Source of the DNA: Candidatus Omnitrophota bacterium | Lineage (GTDB): Bacteria > Omnitrophota > Gorgyraeia > B26-G9 | Length of the DNA stretch: 64,000 bases | Assembly (NCBI GenBank): GCA_043814605.1 | Contig: JBDRJV010000037.1 | Coordinates: 163,902 to 227,901, forward strand | Direction of reading: 5' to 3' | Part shown: piece after piece, positions 1 through 9,887 of the stretch | Layout of the letters: every line of letters starts with the position of its first letter | Numbering within the stretch: position 1 is the stretch's first letter | Made by a program: the position numbers and the translations under genes | Notes under the pieces: generated by a model | What the model was told of the DNA's origin: nothing | Database searches by the model: none | What the model saw: the letters and a program-made list of their open reading frames with translations, nothing else

Positions 1-2
1 TA

Positions 3-515
3 CCCATTTTTTATTTGATGATAACTTTAGCTTTGTTTAACATTGAAAAAAAAATAATTCGTTTTATTTGTTCTATGCTCTTAGTATTTTTTATTGTATT
101 ATCACTTTCTATTTATTATTTTGATCAAAAAACATATAAAGATGACTGGAGATACCTTACCAGCTATGTTTTGAAGGATTTGACTGCCGATGATTACATA
201 TTGTTTCAGGGAGAATATGCGCATGTTCCTTTTCGCTATTACACAAAATTATTAAAAAAGAATAATAAAAATTTAGCGCAGAATAAAATTTATAGTAATA
301 CCCTGCAAAGCGCAGACGGATCTTTAGAGAGATTTTTAGCCGATAAAGATAAAGGGGAATTAAAAAATAAAAAGCGAATATGGCTGATTAGTTATTATGC
401 TCTTGAAGAAGAGAATCAGAGGCTTAAAACTTATTTCGATGGTCAATATAATTGTGTAGAAAAAAATACAAATTTGGGCAGAAATTTAAGCCTGTTGTTG
501 TATACAGCTAAATAA
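3..515 (+). CDS. C-terminal part of a membrane protein, possibly GT-C/PMT-like (GT39-type) glycosyltransferase; 5' end outside window
   Basis: Frame is open back to position 3; hydrophobic helix followed by K-D-D-W-R and a soluble tail with RIWLI, typical of GT-C C-termini. Confidence 0.45.
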   Translation, partial: PIFYLMITLALFNIEKKIIRFICSMLLVFFIVLSLSIYYFDQKTYKDDWRYLTSYVLKDLTADDYILFQGEYAHVPFRYYTKLLKKNNKNLAQNKIYSNTLQSADGSLERFLADKDKGELKNKKRIWLISYYALEEENQRLKTYFDGQYNCVEKNTNLGRNLSLLLYTAK

Positions 516-581
516 TTAAATTATTTTTTAACCGGGGTTATTAATCTCCGGTGAATATGTGCAAGTGAAAGGTAAAATATA

Positions 582-1634
582 ATGATCAAAAAAACAGAGA
601 AAATTCTATCTTTTATCCGTTGGCAGGATTGGGGGCCGGGAAAAATCCCGGTATTTTGTACTTTGCTGGCTTATATCGGAATTGCCAGCCGTAATGTTTC
701 TAACCTTTTTACGGTTAAATTTATTTTATTTCTTTTCTTTGCTTCCGTTCATTCAGCATCAGGTTATATCATTAATGACTGGGGAGATCGAAAAATTGAT
801 AAATTACATGGTAAATCAAATGCTTTTGAAGGGTTGAGTTATTTTAAAAGCTGTTTGATTTTATTTTTGTTATTTATGATTGCGTTTATTTCCGGGCTTC
901 CGTTTGTGCATAAGGCATTTTTTATCCCCTTATGGATTGCCTGGGCTGTTTTTACCGTAGGTTATTCTCTTAAACCCTTACGTCTTAAAGAACGGGGGAT
1001 AGTCGGACTGGGTGTTTCGGCTCTAGCCCAATGGACGCTGCCGATATTAATTGTTTTTTCGGCGATGGGGCGGTTTGGACATTGGGATATGATTGTTTTT
1101 GCCATTGTAAATTCGATCAGTGGAGCTACACTAGAAATTGCGCATCAACGCCATGATCGCAGTCATGATCTGGGAACTCAAACTAAAACATTTGGGGCAG
1201 TAACAGAAAATAGAACATTAGATTACCTTTATGCGATAGCTGTATTTTTTGATAAAATTGCTGTTTGTGCTGTTTTGATTACTATTCTGATCGGGATTAC
1301 TCCTTTGGACTGGACTTCCGGTTGGAATAAACTTGCTCATCCCTTGATGATTATTTATTTAATTTTATTTTTTATCTCTTTAATCGAAACGATTCGTGCT
1401 TCGAAAAATAACCAGGTTTTTGATCCATATTATTCAACAGCACGCAGTGCTAATAAATTTTTACATGAAACAATGCCTAATCTCATAATTCCTTCTTATT
1501 TATTACTGATTGTAACTATTTATCATCCCACTAATGGAATTTTACTAGGGATTTTTCTCTATTGGCGTTTGGTAATCGGTAAAGCTGATTGGAAATGGCC
1601 ATTACGAATGATTAAGAAATTATGGAAAGGATAA
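582..1634 (+). CDS. UbiA-family intramembrane prenyltransferase
   Basis: Multi-TM protein with NDxxDxxxD motif (GYIINDWGDRKID), YS..PLRLKERG segment and degenerate second Asp motif (HQRHDRSHD..TKTF). Confidence 0.8.
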   Translation: MIKKTEKILSFIRWQDWGPGKIPVFCTLLAYIGIASRNVSNLFTVKFILFLFFASVHSASGYIINDWGDRKIDKLHGKSNAFEGLSYFKSCLILFLLFMIAFISGLPFVHKAFFIPLWIAWAVFTVGYSLKPLRLKERGIVGLGVSALAQWTLPILIVFSAMGRFGHWDMIVFAIVNSISGATLEIAHQRHDRSHDLGTQTKTFGAVTENRTLDYLYAIAVFFDKIAVCAVLITILIGITPLDWTSGWNKLAHPLMIIYLILFFISLIETIRASKNNQVFDPYYSTARSANKFLHETMPNLIIPSYLLLIVTIYHPTNGILLGIFLYWRLVIGKADWKWPLRMIKKLWKG

Positions 1635-4261
1635 ATATTAGTCAGGTTCATATGGAATTTAAGCAGAATAGATATATTAAATGGTTAAAGAATGCGACAA
1701 TAAATGATTTTGCATCTATGGGTGCAAAAGCAACAAATTTATCAATTTTAATGCAGACGGGATTTCCCATTCCCGATGCTTTTTGTATTAACACAGACGC
1801 TTTTAAAGATTTTATCACAAGCCTGGACATTATGAACGGGGATAAAGAAAATAATCAGCTAAGTAAAAAAATTTTATCAGCACCGATTCCTCCAGAAATA
1901 AGAACGGTGATTTTAGGAGCATATCAGCTTTTGAAACAAAAATCCGGGGATAAAATTCTTGTTGCGGTACGGTCTTCTGCTTTAGATGAAGACTGTGCCC
2001 AAGCTTCATATGCGGGCCAATATAATTCTATTTTGAATGTCAAGTCCGAAGATGAGCTGATCAATGCACTGAGACAATGTTGGAGTTCTTATTTTTCATC
2101 GCGAGTACAGGCTTACCGAGTTCAAATATCTAAACAAAATGATTTGGCCATGGCAGTTATTGTTCAATTAATGATTTCCTCAGAACTTTCCGGGGTAGTT
2201 TTTACGGTTAATCCGCTGGACAAAAATGATCAATGTTTATCTATAGAAATGGCCAGAGGTCTGGGGGATAAACTTGTTTCCGGAGAAAAAACAGGGGATC
2301 ATTTACTTGTGAATAAACGCACTTTAAAAATTGTATCGATAAATAAAGAGCGTAAACATCTAAATTTAAACTTTTCTCAAAATATTAAAAATTTTGATTT
2401 AAACCCTTTATTTAAATTAGCGGTTAAAATTGAAAAGCGCATGAAGTCGCCTCAAGATATTGAGTGGGCCTATGTAAAAGAAAAATTCTGGGTTTTACAA
2501 TCAAGGCCGATAACCTATTCAGCGCAATTAAATAATAGAGAAATCTGGACTCGTGCAAATGCTGGGGAAATTCTGCCGGATGTGGTTACGCCGCTTACTT
2601 GGTCAGTTTTTAAACCAGTTTTAAAATTAGCAGGATTTTTTATGAGCCGGTCCATGTTGACTCTGCACTGGAATTGGAAACATGCGCATGATAAATTTCC
2701 TGATTCTCCCCAATTATTCAATGGTAAGGCTTATATGGAATTAACAAGCGTGTATGCTGGATTTGCTAGTTTTCCCGGCATTACTGCGGACATTTTACAT
2801 AAAATGCTTGGTTTTGAATTTAATCTATTATCGAAAAAAGAACTGCCGCTTCGGTCTCCCCGTTGGCAGATAATGGATATTTATCGGGGGATATGCTATT
2901 GGCTGGAAATTTTAAATATTACTAATTCCCTGGCTTGCAGATCAAGGCGGTTTATTAATAAAGAAAGTTCTGATATAAAAAATTATAAAAAGGATGCTAA
3001 AGAGTTATTGGAAGCAATTAGGGTATTATTGTCAGATACTGCTTTAGTGCTGGGATTGCATGTTCAATCTACGGCAATGACTTTTAGTGCATTTGGATTA
3101 ATCGATGCTTTAGTAAAGAAGATTGTTGATTACCAGACAACGCAGTTATTTGAATCGGCTTTAATCTCAGACTTTAATTCTATTAGCACAGTGCAGCAGA
3201 ATATTGCAATTTGGGAACTGGCGCAGAAGATTAAAAACAATGCGATAATTAAAAAAGCGGTTTTTGAAAAGCCTACAATGAAAGAAGTATTAAATTCTTT
3301 GCAAATGAATCCCGCGGCACGTGATATTGTTAAACTTTGGGAGGAATTTATTGCTCAATTTGGAGAACGCAGTACACAAGAATTTGAACTAGCAGTTGCT
3401 CATTGGAATGAGAATGCAGATTTTATTTTACAGACAATCAGGGATATTATTGCCTCGGATACTCAAAACCCGCGTGAAAAATTACAGCAGCAACAGCTTA
3501 TTTGTAATGATGTTATCCAGAAGACAAGGCTGCAGATAAAAGAAAAATGCTCATATCTAGATTCATGGTGTTTTAGCCGGTTATTAGAGTTTTATAAGAA
3601 AGGAATACCTTTAAGGGAAAATCTCAAATATTGTGTGGTTACAAAGTTTAATTTACTGCGGAGAATATTCCTGGAATTAGGAGTGATTTTGAAAAATAAA
3701 TCCTTACTTTTAGATCCAAATGATATTTTTTTTCTGGAACATGAAGAAGTGCGGCAGGTTTTTGACAACTTGTCTGATTCAGTGATGGACATTAACTCTT
3801 TAGTGATCCTGCGAAAAAAACAATACAATCAGAACAAAAACAGTTTTCATGCTGACCTTTTTTTCTTACAAAATGGACAAGTGGTTCCAGTGGCAACACA
3901 TCTAGGGGAAGCAGAGAATATTTTATGTGGTATTGGGTGTAGCCATGGCCAGTTTACCGGGCCGGCGTATGTGCTTAATTCAGTATTAGAGAATGTTGAG
4001 GTTTCTTCAGGACACATCTTAGTTGCGCCTTCGATTGATCCCGGGTTAACGCCTCTTTTTCTTACAGCTTGTGGGTTAGTGACGGAAGTTGGAGGGATGC
4101 TCTCTCATGGAGCAACAGTTGCACGTGAATATGGGTTACCGGCAGTTGTGGGAGTTTCTGGTGCGACGAAACTTATTAAAACCGGACAGATTATAACTGT
4201 TGATGGAGTTACGGGAAGAGTTTATTTGGAAGTAGATAAGAGAGGGGTTAGTCATAAATGA
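1622..4261 (+). CDS. PEP-utilising/PEP-synthase-like phosphotransferase (ATP-grasp + central domain + C-terminal phospho-His swivel domain; rifampin-phosphotransferase-like architecture)
   Basis: GAKATNL, VAVRSSA..ED, QDIEWA, LQSRPIT and GGMLSHGATVAREYGLPAVVG motifs. Confidence 0.85.
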   Translation: MERINISQVHMEFKQNRYIKWLKNATINDFASMGAKATNLSILMQTGFPIPDAFCINTDAFKDFITSLDIMNGDKENNQLSKKILSAPIPPEIRTVILGAYQLLKQKSGDKILVAVRSSALDEDCAQASYAGQYNSILNVKSEDELINALRQCWSSYFSSRVQAYRVQISKQNDLAMAVIVQLMISSELSGVVFTVNPLDKNDQCLSIEMARGLGDKLVSGEKTGDHLLVNKRTLKIVSINKERKHLNLNFSQNIKNFDLNPLFKLAVKIEKRMKSPQDIEWAYVKEKFWVLQSRPITYSAQLNNREIWTRANAGEILPDVVTPLTWSVFKPVLKLAGFFMSRSMLTLHWNWKHAHDKFPDSPQLFNGKAYMELTSVYAGFASFPGITADILHKMLGFEFNLLSKKELPLRSPRWQIMDIYRGICYWLEILNITNSLACRSRRFINKESSDIKNYKKDAKELLEAIRVLLSDTALVLGLHVQSTAMTFSAFGLIDALVKKIVDYQTTQLFESALISDFNSISTVQQNIAIWELAQKIKNNAIIKKAVFEKPTMKEVLNSLQMNPAARDIVKLWEEFIAQFGERSTQEFELAVAHWNENADFILQTIRDIIASDTQNPREKLQQQQLICNDVIQKTRLQIKEKCSYLDSWCFSRLLEFYKKGIPLRENLKYCVVTKFNLLRRIFLELGVILKNKSLLLDPNDIFFLEHEEVRQVFDNLSDSVMDINSLVILRKKQYNQNKNSFHADLFFLQNGQVVPVATHLGEAENILCGIGCSHGQFTGPAYVLNSVLENVEVSSGHILVAPSIDPGLTPLFLTACGLVTEVGGMLSHGATVAREYGLPAVVGVSGATKLIKTGQIITVDGVTGRVYLEVDKRGVSHK

Positions 4262-5472
4262 AAAAGACGGATATCGTTATTGTCGGAGGTGGCATGGCGG
4301 GGCTGTCTGCTGCGGTAATGCTTTGTGAAAATTCAAAGTTTAATGTAACGCTTATTGAGAAAAGCGGTATTGGCACCAATGAAACAACCAGAGCTGTTTT
4401 TGCCGAGGTAATAAAAGAGTTTAGACTTAAAGAAAGTGTGCTGAGAAACTACTCGCGGTATGTTTTTCATAGTGCATTAGGAGCTCAAGCTACTTTTGAT
4501 TATAAAAAAAACGCCATGGTGGCAATTGATTATAAAAAAGCCTGTAACCAATTATTTGAAAGAGCTGTGCAGCATGGTTTAATTTTACTTAAGCAAAAAG
4601 CGATTAATTTTTCTTCTTCATCACCAGATTCTCCTTTAGTGCTCCATTTGGATAATAGCGAAACGATACAAACGGAAATATTGATAGATGCTTCAGGGGT
4701 TGCGCAATGGGCGGCTCAATGTTTGCATATTCCGGTATCACGGTATTATAGTGTGAGTTTTGGTGAACTTTTAGAAAATTGTCAAATTGAAGATATCCAA
4801 GCATTTCGGTTATTGGCACCGTACAGCCGCTACGGAAATGGGGGTGGATGGGCATACCCCCTAACCAATAAAACTATTAGTTTCGGATATTCTATTGTAA
4901 CCGAAAAGCTGGATGCTGATGAGGCTAGTTTAAAAAAAGGATATTTCGAAGCAAAATCTAAATTCGAGCCCTATGCAACATGGATGGGTAATGCGGTAAA
5001 AATAAAAGAAGAAGCCGGCATTATTCCTGTCGGACGTATCGGGCGATTTATTGATGAACGTGTTTTAATTATCGGGGATGCTGCCGGACAAGCAAATCCC
5101 TGGGCTATAGAAGGATGCCGTCCGGCTCTTTTAAACGGGCGTTTGGCAGCAGAAGTAGTGATAGAGGCTTTTGCTAAAAACAAATTTAATCGTTCATTTC
5201 TGATGTTGTTTGAGCGGAAATGGAGCCGTAATAATCGAGAACGCTTTTGGCGTACCGAAAGTTCTGCGGACATTACCTGGTTTAAGACATCGGATGTTCA
5301 GTGGGATAAAATAGTAACTTTACAGAAACGTGTTGCTCCGGAAGTACAGTTTGAATATTTAAAGGAAAACAGAGCCTCATTTTTAATAACTGCTTATGCC
5401 GTTGCGGGTTTTATGCGGCGGGTTTTAGTAAAAAAAATAAAATGCGTTTTAAAAAAAATATGGAAGAGATAA
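4258..5472 (+). CDS. FAD-dependent oxidoreductase, geranylgeranyl reductase/lycopene-cyclase-like family
   Basis: GGGMAG Rossmann motif, IDASG, GGGWAYP (resembles GGR YxWxFP), IGDAAG. Confidence 0.75.
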   Translation: MKKTDIVIVGGGMAGLSAAVMLCENSKFNVTLIEKSGIGTNETTRAVFAEVIKEFRLKESVLRNYSRYVFHSALGAQATFDYKKNAMVAIDYKKACNQLFERAVQHGLILLKQKAINFSSSSPDSPLVLHLDNSETIQTEILIDASGVAQWAAQCLHIPVSRYYSVSFGELLENCQIEDIQAFRLLAPYSRYGNGGGWAYPLTNKTISFGYSIVTEKLDADEASLKKGYFEAKSKFEPYATWMGNAVKIKEEAGIIPVGRIGRFIDERVLIIGDAAGQANPWAIEGCRPALLNGRLAAEVVIEAFAKNKFNRSFLMLFERKWSRNNRERFWRTESSADITWFKTSDVQWDKIVTLQKRVAPEVQFEYLKENRASFLITAYAVAGFMRRVLVKKIKCVLKKIWKR

Positions 5473-5488
5473 TTAATTTTTTGATTGG

Positions 5489-6805
5489 ATGGTTATAAAA
5501 ATGGGAAAAGAAGTTAGCCAGAAACGTGCATTGTTTTTGCCGGGATATTTCGGTAATGGATTTGGCCATGTAGGCAGGTGTTTGGCATTGGCGGATGAAA
5601 TGAAAAAAGAAAACTGGAAAGTGGGTATGGTTTTAGCAGGGCGTTATTGTAAATTAGTAAAAGAGAATGGATATGATCTGTTCTCTCCCATATTTCCGAA
5701 AAGACCAAGCACAAAATTTAGTGATCAGAATACTCCAGCATTTACTTATATAAAAGATGGGAGCGGTCAAGTCCTCAGAGATGGATTAACAAGCCTTTGG
5801 AAAATAAAAGCAGCAGTAGCAGAGTTAATGTTAATCGTTAAAAAATTCCGTCCGAATGTACTAATCGGCGATATTTCCTTATTAACCTGGATATTAGGTA
5901 AAAAAGTAAATTTACCGGTAGTACAGATAATTCGTTCGATTATGTATCCGGGGCGATCTAAAATAATCTGGTGGCAGGATCCGCCGCAGGGCATGGAGTC
6001 TCCGAATATAGCAGCGGTTTTTAATCCGCTGCTGGAAAAATGGAAAATTTCCGCAATAAAAAGTGTAGACTATTTATTACAAGGTGATTTATATCTTGTC
6101 CCGAGTATCCCGGAACTGGAGCCATTACCGGATAATGTAATAAATACGCATTATGTGGGAGCGATGGTATATAAACAAAAATTTAAAAATAATTTACCCG
6201 AGCCCTTATTAAACGATAATCAGAAACAAAAGGTGTATATTACAATGGGGGGCGGTGCGGGCGGAGTTGGGAATCTGAAGTTTTTTGAAATTATTCATAA
6301 AGCTTTTTCCCAAACTCCCTGGACGACAATTGTATCTACCGGTAAAAATTTCAATCCTAAAGATATCCCGGAATTATCAAAGAATATTTATTACTCTCAA
6401 TGGGTTCCTGGCCCAGAAGTGATCAAACGGTCCGATTTAGTAATTTTCCCGGGGGGATACGGAACAATGATGGAGACCATAAAATTTGGGGTGCCGAGTA
6501 TTATTGTCCCTTTCCACAGTGAACAGGAATCTAATGGACGTCGGATTGCAGAGAATAATGCAGGGTGCTTATTAAGTTCTGCGGAAAAAAGTGATCGGGA
6601 TACACTTATCCCTTACAAATGTAAATACGGGAAATTTGTCGGATGTATCAGGAAAGAATTTAATTTAAAACCACATGTTTTAAATGACTCCGCGGAAAAT
6701 ATTTTAAAAAACTGTGAATATAAAAAAGCGGCAATGCGCTTAAGTTCCTTAGTAAATAAATTTAATAGGGAAAAAGCAGTAGAGTTAATTAAAAAAATGG
6801 TTTAA
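5489..6805 (+). CDS. GT-B glycosyltransferase, GT1/GT28 (MGT-like) family
   Basis: GFGHVGRCLALA N-terminal motif; WVPG..VI...DLVIFPGGYGT..E....GVP.IIVP...EQ C-terminal signature. Confidence 0.8.
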   Translation: MVIKMGKEVSQKRALFLPGYFGNGFGHVGRCLALADEMKKENWKVGMVLAGRYCKLVKENGYDLFSPIFPKRPSTKFSDQNTPAFTYIKDGSGQVLRDGLTSLWKIKAAVAELMLIVKKFRPNVLIGDISLLTWILGKKVNLPVVQIIRSIMYPGRSKIIWWQDPPQGMESPNIAAVFNPLLEKWKISAIKSVDYLLQGDLYLVPSIPELEPLPDNVINTHYVGAMVYKQKFKNNLPEPLLNDNQKQKVYITMGGGAGGVGNLKFFEIIHKAFSQTPWTTIVSTGKNFNPKDIPELSKNIYYSQWVPGPEVIKRSDLVIFPGGYGTMMETIKFGVPSIIVPFHSEQESNGRRIAENNAGCLLSSAEKSDRDTLIPYKCKYGKFVGCIRKEFNLKPHVLNDSAENILKNCEYKKAAMRLSSLVNKFNREKAVELIKKMV

Positions 6806-6828
6806 TAAATTATAAAAAAAGGTTAATT

Positions 6829-8292
6829 GTGAAGATTACACTTATTTCTTTTGATGAAGAGTTATATTGTTTAGGGATAAGGATACTATCTTCCTGCTTG
6901 CGGCAAGCCGGGCATGAGGTACAATTAATTTTTTTACCGCCCATAACTAATCCTAAAGAGAAAAAGTTCATATTCAAATACACAAAAGATTTACTAAGAG
7001 CTCTTTTGCAACAATGTAAAGGCTCAGATATTCTGGGCATGTCTCTAATGACAAATCAGTTTATTTTAGCTATGGAGGTGACAAAATTTTTAAAAAATAA
7101 TCACATAACCGCACCAATTATCTGGGGGGGTATTGAGCCGACAGTTGAACCAGAAGAATGTATAAAAATAGCAGATATTGTTTGTATCGGTGAGGCAGAA
7201 GCGGCAATAGTAGAATTAGCTGGAAGGATAGAACAAGGAAAGAGTTTTTTAGATGTTAAAAATTTCTGGTTTAAAGATAAGGGTAATATTATCCGTAATG
7301 AAGTAAGACCACTTGAACAAAATTTAGATAAGCTGTCTTTTCCAGATTATAGTTGTGAAGATCATTTTCTGGGTTATGGAAATACTATGGAATCATTAAC
7401 AAAGGAAAAATTGATTAATTTTCCGGGAGAAAGATTTTCGGCAAAGAATGGCAAAATACGTTATCCGGTGATGACAAGCAGAGGTTGCCCTTTTGCCTGT
7501 ACATATTGTTGTAATAGTGTCTATCGGAAAATCTACCCAGGCCAAAAACTGTTAAGATGGAGAACTCAGGAACATGTCATTAAAGAACTGTGTATGGTCA
7601 GGGATAAACTTGCGCGATTAGACATGGTTTTTTTTGTGGATGATAATTTTACGGGCAGGGCAAATATTGATTTACAAGAATTTTGTTCAAACTATGCCAA
7701 GCATATCGGAGTGCCGTTTTTCGCTCAAGTAAGTCCGTTAACGGTTGACAAAGAAAAGCTGGAGATTTTGTTTAAATATGGATGCATCAAAATTACAATG
7801 GGTGTTGAAACGGGAAGCGAACGAGTTGCCGCGATGTATAACCGTAAACATTTTCATAAAGCTGTGCCGGGAGCGATTAAATTTATTGAAGAATATCGTC
7901 CGCAAATGAGTTTACCGCCGACATATCAGTTTATTATCGATAACCCTTTTGAATCACAAGAGGAAACATTAAAAACTCTTCACTTAGCAATAAGTTTGCC
8001 GCGCCCCTGGAATAATCCGATTTATTCTTTAATGCTTTTTCCCGGGACTGAGTTATATGACAAAGCAGTTCAAGCGCAGATGATCAGAGATAAGTATAAC
8101 CAAATTTATGCAAAAAACTGGGTAGAACAAAGTAACCCATACTTGCAATTATGGATTAAACTTTATCGAAATAACTTTCCCCGAATTTTCTTGCACTTTT
8201 TGATTATTCCTTTAATCGTTAAATTAGGGATGAGTAAACCGGTGAGTGCAGTTTTACGTATGAAGATTCTTAAAAAATGGATTTGTATTTAA
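6829..8292 (+). CDS. cobalamin-binding-domain radical SAM protein
   Basis: N-terminal B12-binding domain (IWGG, CIGEAE); TSRGCPFACTYC CxxxCxxC; FVDDNF; GVETGS. Confidence 0.9.
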   Translation: MKITLISFDEELYCLGIRILSSCLRQAGHEVQLIFLPPITNPKEKKFIFKYTKDLLRALLQQCKGSDILGMSLMTNQFILAMEVTKFLKNNHITAPIIWGGIEPTVEPEECIKIADIVCIGEAEAAIVELAGRIEQGKSFLDVKNFWFKDKGNIIRNEVRPLEQNLDKLSFPDYSCEDHFLGYGNTMESLTKEKLINFPGERFSAKNGKIRYPVMTSRGCPFACTYCCNSVYRKIYPGQKLLRWRTQEHVIKELCMVRDKLARLDMVFFVDDNFTGRANIDLQEFCSNYAKHIGVPFFAQVSPLTVDKEKLEILFKYGCIKITMGVETGSERVAAMYNRKHFHKAVPGAIKFIEEYRPQMSLPPTYQFIIDNPFESQEETLKTLHLAISLPRPWNNPIYSLMLFPGTELYDKAVQAQMIRDKYNQIYAKNWVEQSNPYLQLWIKLYRNNFPRIFLHFLIIPLIVKLGMSKPVSAVLRMKILKKWICI

Positions 8293-8354
8293 ATTATTTT
8301 TACCGGATTGTTAAAATTATATATTTTTAGAAAATCAGTAAAGGAATCAAGAAA

Positions 8355-9887
8355 ATGGAATTGAATCCCGAACAAAGTAATAATGCTGCCAATAATAGCC
8401 ACTTTTCCCAGGAGGTAGTTAAGGGAGGTATTTGGGTTTTTATGGCGCGAGTTTTTAACCAAGGACTCGCTTTGCTGAAGCTGATAATTTTAGCTCGGAT
8501 ATTAACGCCTGCGGATTTTGGAATTATGGGTATTGCGCTTTTGATTATCGCCACAGCAGAACGCTTTTCTCAAACAGGCTTACAGCAAGCGCTGATTCAA
8601 AAGCCAAAACAAATTAAAGATGATCTGGATACTGCCTGGACAATTTTGATTATTAGGGGGATTGTTTTATCTTTGATCATATTTTTTATAGCCCCCCTTG
8701 TGGTAAAATTTTTTAAAATAGAACAAGCCAGCGGGATTATCCAAATCATTGGGTTTTCAATTCTTTTACAAGCTTTTAATAATATCGGTATTGTGTTTTT
8801 TTATAAACAACTAGATTTTAAAAAGCAGTTCATCTATCAAGTTGGCGGAGATTTTACGGAATTTATTGTGGCAGTAATTCTAGCGTTTAAGTTGCGCAGT
8901 GTCTGGGCGTTGGTCTTAGGGCTTTTAGCCGGCAGGTTTGCCGCCCTTATTTTAAGCTATGCAATACAATCTTACCGGCCAAAACTTAGCTTGCGATTTG
9001 ATAAAATTAAAAAATTACTGGGATTTGGAAAATGGGTTACCGGATCAAATATTGGTGTTTTTATCGGGGGATTTTTAGATAATATTATTGTGGGAAAATT
9101 GTTAGGTGCGGCATCTTTAGGATACTATCGCATGGCGTATCGGATTTCAAATATGCCGGCAACTGAAATTAGTTATGTTATTAGTCAGGTTACTTTTCCA
9201 GCCTATGCGAAAATACAACATGACAATCTGCAATTGAAGAAAATGTATTTAAGAATATTGCGGCTGACATTGGTGGTTTGTCTGCCTGTGGTAATTATGA
9301 TTGGATTGCTTTCTTCTGATTTCACAATGGTCTTTTTAGGTTTAAAATGGCGTCCGATGATCCCGGCAATGCAGTTATTAGCTTTTGCCGGTTTAATGAA
9401 ATCAATTGTTTCAACCGGCAGCCCTTTGTTTGTGGGCAGCGGTAATCCTAAATTTGAATTTCATATGCAAACTGTGAGAGCTTTAGCAATGATAATTCTG
9501 ATTATTCCGCTGACCCTTAGGTTTAATATTTCCGGGGCAGCTTTAACCGTAATTTTCAGTATGATTGCGATGTTTATTGTTTGGTATTATTGTACCGGTC
9601 AGATAGTCAAGATAACCGGAAAACAGTATTTTAAAATTTTGAAATATCCGCTAATTGGGGGATTATTAATGAGCGGGATGATCAGCCTGAGTTTGAAATT
9701 GCTGGGTTTAACTGAAAAATCATTGTTTTTTGGAGGAATGCTTTTATGTTGTGTGGTTGTCTTGGGGGTGATTGCTTATTTAGGGGGTATATATTTATGG
9801 CAAATTAAGTGTCATGATTTTGAGCTTAATCAGGATTTTAAATTTATTTTTTGTACAGTAATTAAAAGGAAATCAGGAAGTTTATGA
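8355..9887 (+). CDS. Wzx/WzxC-like polysaccharide flippase
   Basis: Multi-TM; LARILTPADFG, ALIQK, DNIIVGKLLGAASLGYY, FPAYAKIQ. Confidence 0.85.
   Translation: MELNPEQSNNAANNSHFSQEVVKGGIWVFMARVFNQGLALLKLIILARILTPADFGIMGIALLIIATAERFSQTGLQQALIQKPKQIKDDLDTAWTILIIRGIVLSLIIFFIAPLVVKFFKIEQASGIIQIIGFSILLQAFNNIGIVFFYKQLDFKKQFIYQVGGDFTEFIVAVILAFKLRSVWALVLGLLAGRFAALILSYAIQSYRPKLSLRFDKIKKLLGFGKWVTGSNIGVFIGGFLDNIIVGKLLGAASLGYYRMAYRISNMPATEISYVISQVTFPAYAKIQHDNLQLKKMYLRILRLTLVVCLPVVIMIGLLSSDFTMVFLGLKWRPMIPAMQLLAFAGLMKSIVSTGSPLFVGSGNPKFEFHMQTVRALAMIILIIPLTLRFNISGAALTVIFSMIAMFIVWYYCTGQIVKITGKQYFKILKYPLIGGLLMSGMISLSLKLLGLTEKSLFFGGMLLCCVVVLGVIAYLGGIYLWQIKCHDFELNQDFKFIFCTVIKRKSGSL

Noticed and set aside
1622-4261. 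Calling this a rifampin resistance gene or ppsA
   Set aside because: Architecture alone does not fix the substrate; the pyruvate-binding barrel is absent and the context is biosynthetic
582-8292. Complete archaeal ether-lipid pathway
   Set aside because: No GGGP synthase, G1P dehydrogenase or CarS is visible; kept only as a family-level analogy
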